In this document: piece by piece, positions 27,064 to 40,003 of the stretch
How the letters are laid out: each line of letters opens with the position of its first letter
Numbering within the stretch: the stretch's first letter is position 1
Assembly: GCA_023515725.1 (NCBI GenBank)
Contig: JALDTO010000235.1
Span: 170,371 to 234,370, forward strand
Reading direction: 5' to 3'
Length of the DNA: 64,000 nt
Source: Amoeboaphelidium protococcarum X5
Lineage: Eukaryota; Fungi; Aphelidiomycota
Translations under genes and position numbers: made by a program
The notes under the pieces: model-generated
What the model saw: the letters and a program-made list of their open reading frames with translations, nothing else
The model's database searches: none
Told to the model about the DNA's origin: nothing

Positions 27064-27780
27064 TCATTGAAATATCTCTTGAAACTCCCCATTTTCAATC
27101 ATCTCCTTGCAAATGTCAAGTCCACCGACAAACTCACCATTAACATACAATTATGGATACGTGGGCCAGCTGGAGTACTCTTTTAATCCTTGGCGAACCT
27201 TTTCATCTTCCAGGATGTCAAAGGTAGATAGTTGAGACTTATAATCTTGAGGTAGATTAGAGTTTAGTAAAGAAATAATTGTACGCGAGAAACCACACTT
27301 TGGAACATCAGGATTTCCCTTCATGAATAAAACGACCTTTGACTGGCTGGTAAGACGCTTTAGTTTATCATCAAGTGATTCTGCAGCAGTAGATAATCCA
27401 GATAGTTCAGCGACCGAAGCAACAGAAAGCAGTGCCTTTTCAAGACTCTACTGCAGCTACTAAGGAGAGTATCCGACGACCGAGTCAATCTTGCTCAAAG
27501 AACCAGACGCGTCAATCTTGCCAATGACAACTGTAGGCACTAACTCAACACCAAACTGAAGTGTCAAATCCTCAGCTTCTTCAGCATCAATAACTAATAC
27601 TATTACTTTACCAGAATACTTCTCTTCCGATACGCGTAATACCTCCATCATCAGCTTTGACTCGTCTGCCCACTCAGCATGAAACATAGCAAGAATAATC
27701 TAAGCCGATTCTGCCTCTTACAGCGCTTACTTATATTATGAAAGACTTTTAATGATTGTGCCTGCAATATAATTTGTCAT
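27064..27780 (-). CDS. GLRX3: Monothiol glutaredoxin Grx3/4 (Trx + Grx domains), 238 aa
   Basis: [51 protein letters not shown]; N-terminal Trx-like domain. Confidence 0.93.
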
Positions 27781-27937
27781 TTTAATTAAATTCGACTCCA
27801 ATAATAAATCGGTTGAGGTAGAAGAAAGAAAATCGCTGTATTGGGAGTTAAAAAAAGGATCGGGCCCCTCTTCATTCATTATTTCTACCTGTTTTCGATC
27901 CGATTTTCTCAATTATAATTGTCACGTCATCATCAGT

Positions 27938-28828
27938 ATGAGGGATAAAATGCCTTAAGCCCCGGAGACTATTCTGTTACTTCATGCTATTGCTTAATAT
28001 ACATAGAGTATATGCGATCAATAATAATTTGACAGAAAGATTACCAATTCCGCTCTGGGTGGACTATAGAAATTGATTGATTAGCTGGAATTAGACACCG
28101 ATTAGAGTGTGACTGACGAGCATAGCATTTAATTTATTTAGTATTGTTAGAAGCTTGGTAATACTATGGGCATATCTGCACCTGTTCTTCCGCTTTTGGA
28201 ATAGCATCGATTATGCTCCCCAGACGAGAAGGTTATGGAATAGCTCAATGCCAACATTAATGAAGGTTGTTACCGTCAGTACACCAAGCGCGTTATTATA
28301 GAGCCTACCACGACTTCCGTCAATGATGCAGATGAAAGCGAGGAAATAAAAGATGTTCATCCAGAAGTCTCTGAGTATCTCAATGCTGCAAAGACTGCTG
28401 CTATACAACGGAATGAAATGGCGCTTGAAAATAATCAGCAGCATCCGAGCGGATCTACCAGAGTAGCGACCAGATCAGCTAGAACTGCAGCCATCAAAGA
28501 AGAATACTTTTAAAGTAGTTGCGTTGTAGACTATCCCAATTTGGAAGAGTTCACCGCTCTGGATGAAGATTCGGAAGTGGCTGGAGATGCATCTTCTAAT
28601 TCACTGGTGCAGGGAGTCAGGTAGAGAATCGAAGAGCTGGAAGAATTTATCTCCGGCAGCCATCGCGATGCACTGCTTGGCGCCAAACGGTAGAAGATCA
28701 AACGAGAAAGAGATGAGCTGGCCGCTCTGTTGCAACGAGTGAAGAGCATTGAGGATCTCGTCTCGCGTATTGAGAAAGATGATCCTCAACTGGCCAAGAA
28801 GTATTTTGCCGTGTACATTGGACATTGA
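27938..28828 (+). CDS. Hypothetical protein with MBIP-like C-terminal coiled coil, 296 aa
   Basis: Intact table-6 ORF. GVRQRIEELEEFI..LLQRVKSIEDLVSRIEKDDP resembles the MBIP C-terminus. Confidence 0.5.
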
Positions 28829-28925
28829 TTATTAACAGTGATATAATTTTGATAATTTTATAAATATAAAGATATTAATAAAGCATATTATACATAAAGA
28901 GAATAATACCATTTATTAGTGAAAA

Positions 28926-29294
28926 TCAACCACCGTGAAGAGTGCTGATGAATAGTATCGTGTCATTGTCGGCAATTTCATAATCAGTCGTGTCCAAGAG
29001 CTCCCAATCCACATCATTTACAAGCACAAGTACTCCAGGTCGCACGGTGTCTTTGAGCATGAATAACTACGTGCTAGCATCTTTAGCCACCATGTAAGTA
29101 TCTCGGAGATATGGCAATAAATCTTTCATTTTCACAATTTTATCAGGTAAAGTCACGTCAATTGAACGCTGATCATTAAATAGCATTTCCATTCCACCAC
29201 TACACAGACTAAGAATTAATTGAATTATTAATTTAGATTTTATATGAATACATTCTCACCTAAATTCAACGGTTATAGATTTACTCACCGTCAT
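28926..29294 (-). CDS. URM1: Ubiquitin-related modifier 1, 102 aa; intron 29200-29259
   Basis: [35 protein letters not shown]-stop. Confidence 0.96.
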
Positions 29295-29440
29295 TCCACA
29301 ACTATTTAAATTTCGCGTTTATCGTTTCTCTGTTGTTTTTTTTCAATCGTTTCAACACAGAAGAACTACCTACTGTAAGTGGAGAACTAACTCCTCTAAG
29401 CATATCATAAAGAGAAAGTATCTGATTGTCGGTGCTAGCC

Positions 29441-31186
29441 ATGTAGTAGAACAATGATATTAATAAGTTTTAGAATAAGCAATTAACTCTGCCTGTTCAT
29501 TTATTGAATAAATTGAATCCTTAGTTGAAGAGCTCGTTCTTACTGCCGAAAGTGTCACGATAATAGCTGCCCGTTAGAAGATAGTCAAATGCTGTAGACT
29601 GCTTAACAGCTATCAATACTGACATATCGATAGTACCGTCCTCTAATAAATCGGAAATGCAATATGAGCCTCGTGATCCTGTTTCTATGGCAAATGATGT
29701 GGAGAGTGTTGTCAAATCTAGCATATCAGCCAGGATGTTACAATTGGCTTCATCCTCTCCCGCTGCTGTTCCACCGTCTGTCACTGAAATCGCTGCCCTT
29801 GAAACGTCGCCTCATCACTTTGACAAGGAGAATCAACACGATAGTTTACATGGTGATGGTAAATCAAACATTTAGCCCATCTAATTGATGAAGAAGCCTT
29901 TAAAGAGATTGTCTGGTGAACGCGTGGTTGGAAAATCCAGGAAGTCTAAACAACCTCCTAGTGTGTCATAGCGCAAGAGCAGTAGAAAGAAAAAGGCATA
30001 GTAAAAGTATTCATTGTCATCTGATAGCGATTTTGAATCAATGGTGAAAAGTCGCAAATCTGGTCAATCATCTGTGTAGAATTCATCAGTGAAAACGAGT
30101 AAGAGTAGGAAATCGTCTGATTATATTAAATCGCTGATCAAAACGGCGTCTTCATCACTGAACAATTAAACTCCTCGCAAGAATGTCATAAAATCCGATC
30201 CTAATGATGACTATTTTGATGCTCATCCCGAAGAGTAGACTATTGCTATAAAGACTGTTGATTCTTAACCAGCTTGCGTGCAATGGTCTGTCGCTGAAGT
30301 CAAACTATTGATGGATCTAGTGTTTAGACACAGGCAGTAGCTGAAGCAGGAAGATTTTTGGGATTTAATATCTGCTGATATGGGATCCAGATCTGCGGAA
30401 GAATGTTTTATCAAGTACTTGGCGCTCTTTGATGATTCCCCTCAATCTAAACGATTATCTGGTGGTAAGCGCAATTCTTTGTTAAATCTAGTCAATGGCT
30501 CCGATAGTGATGATGATAGACCTAAAAATATCAACGGCATGGACAAGGAAAAGGATCAAAGTCCAACTGGTATTATGCCTAAAGAGCCTTAAGTGTTTCA
30601 GCCTATGGAGATTACAGCCAGAAAGGGCACTTTAGCTAGAAAGCGACAGCTGAGACAACTCATAGAGTAACGAAAAGTGCTTCAAGAAGTGCCTGTCAAT
30701 GATTACTTTGCAGACGAAAAGGATGGTAATACTCTGGACGCCGCTACCTTATAAACTCCTGCTAGACAGTGCTACCTCAAAACTTCATTTACACCTCTTT
30801 CAGTAAAGTTTGGCGATTATGATAATGATGTAAGTCCTGGGATTTTGAGATCATTCGATCCGTAAGAGATTGACGCGTATGTTCATAATTTAAGAAATGC
30901 CAAAAAGAAGTAGGGTGCCAATGGTAAAGCTTATGATGATGATACCAGTCAAATATCGCTTAATGCATCGATAAGACGAGAGTTGAAGCAAGTATCGTAT
31001 AAAGGAGATAAAATTGTCTAAAAGTTTGTAAATGAGGTTCTCAATGGGCGAAAGACAGTCTTTGTAAATCAGTTCGATCATCAGGGAGACGATGAAGAAC
31101 GCTCAGATTCTGAGAATATGGATCACAACTTATAAGCGAATGATGGAATTAGCCAGACATTGGACTCTCTGTAGTATTATGAATGA
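29441..31186 (+). CDS. SANT/Myb protein resembling the C-terminal part of M18BP1/KNL2, 581 aa
   Basis: WSVAEVKLL..FWDLISADMGSRSAEECFIKY, ITARKGTLARKRQLRQLIEQ..DYF, SPGILRSFDPQEIDAYV. Confidence 0.7.
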
Positions 31187-31311
31187 AAGTGATGAATAAT
31201 GAAGAAAAGTCTCATGTTTATATCAGAGTTGTATTCTCTGATACTTTTTTCACTCGTTTGAGATCGGTGGCTGATCTTCTCATCACTCAAAAAGCGGGCG
31301 ATTGTTTTGAA

Positions 31312-32037
31312 ATGACGAAATAGTATTTATCAGTTGGCGTCCTGGCTCTATAAGGTGCTTATAAAGAACACTTTGATCTAGTTACGTAAATCGCTCTGGA
31401 ACTGAAATATACTTCTAACCATCATGTAGAAATAATTCCAAAGTTTATCAGAACTGCTGCAGATATCTTTCGCGATGGCCAACTACTTATTGATGGACTA
31501 ATTCTAGGTGGTGGAGAGTCTACTACCATGCGTATTGTATCACATCATGACAATCAAGATTTGATTGAAGTTCTGAGACTGGCAATTAGGGAACATTAAT
31601 TGCCCGTTCTGGGAACATGTGCTGGTTTGATCTTGCTCTCGGACCACATTCTGGATGATAGTAGTAATAATGGTCAGATCGGAGATCATGATAAGTAATC
31701 TATTGGTGGATTAGATGTTCAGGTGCGTAGGAATTTCTATGGCCCTCAAAAGTTTTCATTCATGGGAGAAATAGAGCTATGTGACCGGGATGTCAACTTA
31801 TCCACTGCGACAGAAGCAATACGATGCGCGTTTATCCGTGCGCCGGGAATCGTAAGAGTTACTACTGAAAAGGTTAAAGTTCTCGCAACTATCAAAGATA
31901 GTAATGGAATTGATTATCCTGTGGCAGTGTAGTAAGACAATTTAATCGGCCTAACTTTCCATCCAGAGCTTACTAAATAGGCGATATTTCATCGTAAATT
32001 TATCGATTTGTTACTGCAATAAAGTGACGCGCTCTGA
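31312..32037 (+). CDS. PDX2: Pyridoxal-phosphate synthase glutaminase subunit Pdx2/Sno, 241 aa
   Basis: VGVLALQGAYKEH, GGESTTM, GTCAGLILL, RRNFYGPQ, FIRAP, FHPELT. Confidence 0.94.
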
Positions 32038-32122
32038 TCGTCTCTCTTCTCATTGGATTTGAGGTGTTGAAATATATTGTATTTGTTCGACTTGAATATA
32101 TATTTATAAGATCTTTCAGGCA

Positions 32123-32850
32123 ATGGATGAAGGTAAATTAAATTTAATACCTTTTCGTTATACAACACTAAACTAAATAATTTCCCATTCTATTGAGTAG
32201 ATACTTTGATCAAGGATAAACTATTATCAGAGGAAAAGATCTTTAAGAAATCATATAAAACTCTTGCAGGTGTACTCAACTCGGAATACTACAAAGCTAG
32301 TGGAGATCCAGATTTGGCACAAGATGATGCCTCTTTATAACAGAAGGCAATGTTGAAGGAGAAATTGACTCTTGAATGGTGTTTATTGGAGCAGAATGTA
32401 TAGAAACAGTTGGCGATGTAGTAAATGCTTGTCAAGCAGACATTATTGACTCAGCAAGAACATTAGAATACTCAAGAGTCATGCGAAAGTGTACAATCTG
32501 ATATAAACTATTGTAAAAGTGAAATAGAACGCGTCAAGTAAGTTGCTCTATAAAGACAAGAGTACGATACCCTGGCTGAATATTTGCAAACTTTACCATC
32601 GCGCGATAATTTGTAAGCTTAAATTGGTCAGGTTGTGGATGAAGTAGTTTAAATTCAGAATTAAATCTCAAGCAAAATGGATGTGTTTAATAGGAAGAAA
32701 GATGATATTATTGCTTTGTTAAGTCAAGTTTAATAGATGGGCGATAAGTCGGTTCAAGATCAAGAAGACATGGTCAAGGATGTGAACACGGCCACTGACG
32801 ATGTTTTATCCACAGATAACGCGTAAATCCTTGACCGGAACGAAAGATGA
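32123..32850 (+). CDS. THOC7: THO complex subunit 7; intron 32133-32200
   Basis: MDEDTLIKDKLL N-terminus, coiled coil, RQEYDTLAEYLQTLPSR. Confidence 0.72.
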
Positions 32851-33143
32851 TGATGAATATTTACTGTATATCAAATTAATACTATTGTGCTTTTAATCTT
32901 ACAGCCCGTAGTATTGAGCTGTGTTTATGCGATGTTGAAAGGTGACCACTATGACAGCCATAATGTCGCGTGAAGGAACGCCTCTTTATGATGGATCTAT
33001 CGGCCACTCACTCAATCATTGTCGCAACACTGTTAAGCCACGCGAGAGGCTTTTTATAGGCAAGACTTCTGTAAGGTTCTCACCTTTTTCTATTGTCTCA
33101 ATCTATTCAATTCTGCTGTTTTATTATTACTTCTAAAATTAGA

Positions 33144-35294
33144 ATGTAAGGCCAGCTATTGTGGGTGATTGTGGTATCGCTGTTGGTACTTGATCAAGTC
33201 CATTCCATGTTTGGACACAGCAAGAGAAAAGCACGCAGAATCTAGAGTTAAAACAAGTATTACGACGCTCCGATGAAGCCATGGTACTCTAGATTCTATA
33301 CAAAGATGAAGTAGACTATGCTGTGCGCTGATCAATTTCCAAACGAGTTTACAGGTATTTGCCACCCTTCAACAACGTATGTTATCAAGTAATTTCCATC
33401 ATTCATCGCAGAGTAATGTAGAAGGTCCCAATCAGTTCCGACCGAATATTGATCAAATGTCGCAGTATATGCAGAGACTGGACGACACGCATGAATCCTT
33501 TATACGCTCAGAGATGCGAAAGATCAGTAATTCTGCTTTATTCTAATTAAATTCAATCGTTATAATCTCGCTAATTAATTGCCTCATTTGTTTGTAGACA
33601 AGCTGCTTATTATTGCCCCAACTACTGCCTCTGATCAATATCGTACCATAACTCTCTCCCAAGACTCCACGCTCAATCCTGAATTATACAATGGCTAGCG
33701 GTACTCTATCGCTTTCCAAATTGGTGATTTATATCCTCCCGAGTATCCATACCTCTCAGTGTACCTTACTGTCTGCAGACGTCCTCACAAATCTGCCAAA
33801 ACCTCCGATATGATCCATCTAAAAACTATGTTTGTCGATTATGCGACAGGGGCTGTTCTGGAACATCCTCCTGGAATTGATACGTCTCACTGGCATCCGG
33901 CAACATCATCCGCGTCTGATGTATTCACCACATTGGATTAGACACACATATTCGAGTGGACTGTCCCTGATGGCTAAGACCTGTTTCCACATGAGACCTA
34001 CTGCCTCTACTTTGATATGACCTCATTCAATCCTGCCGAATCATTTATATATAAGTCCAAATACCAGGATTATGATACTAAACTCAAGCAGGGACATATG
34101 AATCTGAAATACATTAAGCCAAGTTATCACATGCTGTCTGCCATAGCCATGTCTAACCTGCATCAACATCAGCTGAGTGCCTTGTTCCCCATTACTCAGC
34201 CACCGTCTCCATTTACTGAACGCTGGTTCGTTAATCAGTTTGGCGGTGTGGACCTCGAACGATTGGTAGGTGGCAGCCTGGTATCTTTTAAGCAGTTCGA
34301 GAAAGTATTCAATCTTGGTCATGATCCGGGATGGCCAGCTGATCTTGTCAAGGAGATGACCGTGCGAAAAGCTGAGACATTGGCCGAGTGGTACTGGAAT
34401 GCAATGATGTAGAATACTGCCAACTGGAGAGAGACTTGTGGTGGTTAGATGCGGCCGGCATATATGAATACAGGATACGGTCTGATGGAAGATCGACGCC
34501 GTGCTCAGTAGATTGCATCAGGTCTTTTATTTCATCCACATGGACGTAAAGTTTTGAGTAAGATTGGCGACATATTCCTTCAAGTAGCTGCCGAATATGA
34601 GGAGGACATCAGTTCATATAGTGGACCTAATAACATGTGGCGCCAGGTATCTCAGAGATTCGTTCGTTTATGGACTACCAAGTTGGGCGGATTTAAAATG
34701 GCTCGGTCCCGATTGGTCAGTAATACTCTACTGATGAAGAAGATGTCTAACATCATGCCATCTGATGAATGGCTTTAGCATTTCAGGGACGACTGGATTA
34801 GGAATTAGAAGGGTGGACTTCGAGAGCCTATCACTGGAAAATGGCTCAAGCATCCAGCAGTTGTGGAGAGGAATATCATTGTCGCTGTGCGCGATATGAT
34901 GATGTATGAGATCTCACTTACTATTCTAGCGATGGGGCGAGTTCTACTGGAGCGAAAGGGCAGGATGCAGAACTTTTTGGATGCGATTTTTCATCTGGGA
35001 GATTATGAAGGCGCCAAATTTGCCGCTGTTGCCACCACTATGAAGTTGTACGGCTCAAAGTTTAAAAGTATGTCCAAAAGTTATTCCAAGTATCCACTCC
35101 CTTCCAATTCAGTATTTAACGGCTAAAGCAACTATTAGTTATGGGCTGATGATTCCATAATATGGCCTAAAGATAGCGATCCCTTAGAAAGACCTCATTC
35201 GATTTTGTCTCAAGAGGACCGATAAATGTTGGACTAAATCAGTAAAACTCAAATAATCAAAGAAGCTGAAGTTGATCTTCCGAGCTTTGAATGA
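33144..35294 (+). CDS. Lineage-specific hypothetical protein, possibly secreted; 5' structure uncertain; probable intron ~33527-33597
   Basis: One open table-6 frame from ~33600 to TGA 35292-35294. The signal-peptide-like start MQGQLLWVIVVSLLVLDQVHS at 33144 does not join cleanly to the main frame. Confidence 0.5.
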
Positions 35295-35404
35295 TCCTAA
35301 AAGACACGTGTGTCAACATGCTTCAAAACGAATATGAAATTTAATTTCTCTATACTTTTCAGGAATATTCAACTTTCACTGTGAAAGACCCTATTTAAAT
35401 ATAC

Positions 35405-36832
35405 TCAAGCATTGAAGCCAAATTGGCGGTAAATCTTGTACAAGTCGGGAGCATGACGCGTATTACCCAGCAGAGTAAACGTTGGCTTGGTTGAACACAT
35501 GTCAATGACAGCCTTTTTAATGTCCTAAGCGGTCACTTGCTCGATCCTATCATTCAACTCATTAGGACTAATTCGAGTACCAATCAGCTGCACCTACCGC
35601 CCAATATCTTCAACTTAGACCATACGGGATTCCATATTGAGGAAGACCTGAGACTTTAGTTGATTCTTAGCCCGCTATAGTTCAATATCCAAAATAGGAG
35701 AGTCGATCACCTTCTAGATTTCCGTGCCAATTACCTTTAGAGCGTTCGTCACAGCATGATGAGGAACAGTAGCATGATACACAAATATTCCATTATCTGA
35801 ATAGCTGTGATTCTGTGCAGAAATGCTCTCCACCCAGTAATATTGATTGAGAACGTTCGTGTAAAGCCGCGAATACATGCCTTTACCAGGACCTCCAGCA
35901 CTGAACGAATCACCGCCACCTAGAAGCGTCTAAAGCACAGAGTAGGCATAAACATCCGATGAATTAAACCGCGGACTCTAAAATGCCAACTAGATATGTG
36001 TCAAATCCTTCAAGTTAGGCGGTAGATGACTAGGCGGAGTGTAAGACTTTATACACTGCCCGCCTACGTACTTTGAGGGAGCGACAGTCTCCGCGGTGAC
36101 CTTGCCGGTAGTAGAAGACGGCTTCCAATCACCCAAATACTTATTAGCCAGGTCCATAATCTATTGATGGTCACAGCCTACACCGGCAACAACAATATTC
36201 TAAGGCTTGAAGAAATGGTTGACATAATTGCGAAGACCATCCGCAAGCGAACCAAAAGGCATCCTGGACGCGTCAAAATACTACGAATTTCCCAATGTAT
36301 TCCTCCCAAATGCAGTCTAATGCGTCAATTAGAGTAGTCCGAATTCAGTAACTCTATCCTCTTGCTAAAACACTTCCCATTCAGCTGCAGCCACTGAATC
36401 TTCAACCACCTGATCATCGATAATAGGCGATCTAACATTATTGGCATACAGTTCAAAAAGACGCGGAATATGCTGCGCGAAGGTGGTTCCCTGATAGATT
36501 ATATTTTCCCTGGTAGATACTGAATTAATATTTCCACCCATCTCTTCCATCGCTGTGGACATGGACTCTCTCGATATATTCAGAGAGCCTTTGAAAGCCA
36601 ATTTCTCTGCCAAGTGCGAATATCCTCGCAGCTAATCACCAGATCCAATCGCGTCTTCGTACCTGGAGCCGGCTTTGATATACATACCAAGTCCGACAAA
36701 GTACCCAGATGTGTTGTCTGTAGCTACTGTGACGCCATTAGATAATTTGCTAACTTGCAGCGATTGAGACGCGCTAGATGGCGTCTTTACCGAGGCTGTT
36801 GATTTTAATCGTCTAATCATCATTTTCTGCAT
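35405..36832 (-). CDS. MAS2: Mitochondrial processing peptidase alpha subunit, 475 aa
   Basis: [26 protein letters not shown], glycine-rich loop [21 protein letters not shown]. Confidence 0.95.
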
Positions 36833-36946
36833 CTTTAGATTTTACTATCACAGTGAAGAGAAAGATTGAGATCTATTTCACTGAAAGATAGAATTTTTAA
36901 AAGTTGATGCAATAGAAGTATCTATTTAATAATGTTATCAATATAA

Positions 36947-38785
36947 TCAGTGGCTACGTTTAAAGTCGGATACTCTTTAAAGCAGTGAGTTGATAAGTTC
37001 AATAGAGACTGGCGGGAATAGATCCGATTGCTTGCGCAGTTACTTTAACTCCTTTTCCATCCGTTAATATAATTATCGCTAGCCTCTCATGGTTACAAAG
37101 TCCAGATACCACTGCAAGTCTTAGAATTCATCCAGGGCCACTTAAGAACCGTATTTTCGACCGAGTTTAATGAAATTGCCCATCACAACTGGCATGAGAG
37201 CATCTGATAGCCACAAATTGAAGTGTTCATCAAATATCGATGCGAATGTGATTCCAATGTTTTGCAAGGAGGTGTAACTTTCTAAAAGCTGATCCAGTAT
37301 GATCTCAAACTACTTCCGCCGCTCAGCCAATCCAGTTAGATGGCACCGCTTCATAATGACAGTCAGCATGTACTGGACATACGTCACAGCTCTACCGAAA
37401 TTGGCCTTCTCTATGTAATATTCAACCACTTTATTTAGAATGGCCATCGCATACAAACTAGGCGTTATAGTGACCAGCAAATCAAGCAATGAATAAATAC
37501 ATTAACCACCACATTTGAAATCACAATTGCCATACATCACTTGACCCAACACCGCTTTACAAAGAGTTAATACTTACTAATCAGTTAGTTACTCAATGAA
37601 AGGCAGCCAGACGTTGTGCCGTATTAATTCCATGAGAAGATACAGAGTGGGCATCAAGAACTCTTACTGAAGCATAAATTTTAGCAACTTTTATAGAAAA
37701 TCTAAATACTGCTCCTTCTCATCGAAGCCATATAACCGAGAAAGGATCATACAGATATGAGCCATGCTAGTTTCTGCAGTGATGTATTGGCTAAACTCTA
37801 CATCCATAAAATATAAAATATCTGTCCAGTTTATATACTATTAGAGCAGTTACAGCTCCCTAGAAGACAGCAGACACTAATGGGTATTCTGCTCAAAGCT
37901 ATGGGGATACACCTAGTCAAAGTGGGTGAGAAGCAATCGACGTGCATACAAATAATCATCCTAGGACTCGACAGTATCTTCAATAATCATCATAGTGGTC
38001 GATATATTGACAAACGGCTTCTCCAGAAGAACTTGCTTAATCAAATCGCGCAAACTAAACGAGAATACACGGGAGCTTTTATGAACAATCTTAAAGGCTT
38101 CCCGGTATCTATCAGACAGAGTAAGGGCGTTGACGCGTTGAATAAGACGCATTACTTTAATATAGTGCAGGCAATTCTATACAGTCAGACTATTAAGGAC
38201 TTGCAGCGTGTAAGGAGTGAGTGGAACATACCTATCTAGATCGACATACGTCAAATGCGTAATAACAATCTCCATATGATCACGACTGCCTTTACTCAGA
38301 ATCAGACCATCTTCAACAACCTTCTCTATTGGACAATACGAATAAAAACTTGGCCAGTAGTCTTGAGTTGCTACAATTTAGAATTACACCTCCCGATCAA
38401 GTTCACAATCTTCCAATTATTATAGAACATATTAAAACCAAGGATTATCATGCATCGTAAATTTAGTAGTTTCGTGTAAATAGACAAAGTTGAGCAGAGC
38501 TTTACATTTACACAATTCTGGGCATGCAAAATATTCATACAGCTACTTGGCAGTTCTAACTTTCATGTTGCCCATTTTGTACAAATATGTGTGGTCTTTA
38601 ATACGATACATTGCCAGAACTGAGCCATAATACCGCCGATATATGGTTCTGATCAATCTCAAATCGCTCACCATTATTTACCACACAGTCTTATTAGCGA
38701 AGCACAAATTAAACACATCTGTAGCTCTCAAATACTTAAAAACAGTATCCGGAAGATCAGGATGATTAAGCAGAGGCAAAAGCAT
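36947..38785 (-). CDS. Hypothetical protein with F-box-like N-terminus, 612 aa
   Basis: MLLPLLNHPDLPDTVFKYLRATDVFNLCFANK start; start, internal ORF-track fragment and TGA 36947 share one frame. Confidence 0.55.
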
Positions 38786-38947
38786 AATAAATAGTGCGTG
38801 GTGGCATAGGTAAGTGTCAAAATAGAAAATCACCTAACCAGTTAATGACTGATGTCACTGGAGGAAAAGAGAGAAAATCACAGCGACAAAATCAAACGCG
38901 ATCAAAGTACAATTCCAGAATTTATCGCGTTAGTTTCAATGGATAAT

Positions 38948-39264
38948 GGGCGCACCCGGCACCGTACGCCCAACCCTGGAGCCTTCCCTTACCTCGTAGG
39001 CTCACCCCATCTAGCTGATCGCTAGACAAAGCCTACAGTGACCAAGCCGAATCCAGAGGCCTTGGGTGCAGTCTTTAAAGGTGAGCAATAAGCATCTGGT
39101 ATGCCACTACGAGTAGGCGCTTATCTGCACGAGTAATCGGTGCAGAGAGCTAAAGGCTAGAGCCACCGGTAAAGGTGTCTCCGACGAGTTCCCAATCGTC
39201 TACGGGGAAGCCAACAGTAGTACCTGCCGACCGATTAATCGATTAGGGGTACCTACCTCCCCGG
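38948..39264 (-). ncRNA. Candidate structured RNA, family unidentified
   Basis: GC-rich island with many hairpins. Several stems close with G-U pairs only on the minus strand. Confidence 0.55.
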
Positions 39265-40003
39265 TTATGGACAATGTAATATATTATAACATGAGTATCA
39301 TTCAGAGTAGAGATGCAGAGCAATTATCAGATGTGGAGAGGCCAACAACCGTGGATTGGATCAGAGTGATTGCTCATTTAATTCGCATTTTGAAGTCGGC
39401 ATATCACAGAGTACTGATAGCAACTGTACCAATAATACACCATCTCAGAGCGCCGCATATAAGTCGTGCTATATAGGACTCATATAGGATACGCCAGAAT
39501 ACTGAAGAGTTTAAAAAGTGACTACTACAGTTATAGATAATATGAATTATGGTGAGATAGGAAAAAGTATTGTACTTACACAAATCTGCAGCAGTCATGT
39601 CATCATCAGAAGCCAAATCATAACTAAGCTCCGTTGTTTCATATGAAGATTCCAGTTAATGCTTGTAGCGCAAGGCTCCATAGGGAGATCCGAAAGAGGT
39701 GTATTATTAGTGAAACTCATTATATTACAACGCTATTCACAATCAAGAATAGAAGATTAACACGCAATACCGGCCTTTTATGCACAACAGCTCACACTTG
39801 AGTCACTGATCTCACACCTGTGACATGCTCAACGACACAAAAAAGAGAGAGAGACAGAGTCTAGAATACAAATTCATACCACTATTGCATCACCTCATCG
39901 CATCTTATCAGTCCGCACCGTCGCGGTGACACGTAATCTCTACGACTTATGACTGTCCCCGATGAACTTTCAGGTGTCTTTTAACTCTAAACTGGTCGTT
40001 TAC

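Noticed and set aside
31312-32037. SNZ-SNO (PDX1-PDX2) gene pair
   Set aside because: No PDX1 lies adjacent; the neighbours are the SANT protein and THOC7.
38948-39264. SRP, RNase P/MRP, U1 or telomerase RNA identity
   Set aside because: Diagnostic conserved boxes were not found. The CCCUAA-like stretch lies inside a hairpin, and the CTTACCT match is on the less-favoured strand.
39267-39760. Short ORFs beside the structured RNA
   Set aside because: Multiple TGA stops on both strands and no family signal.
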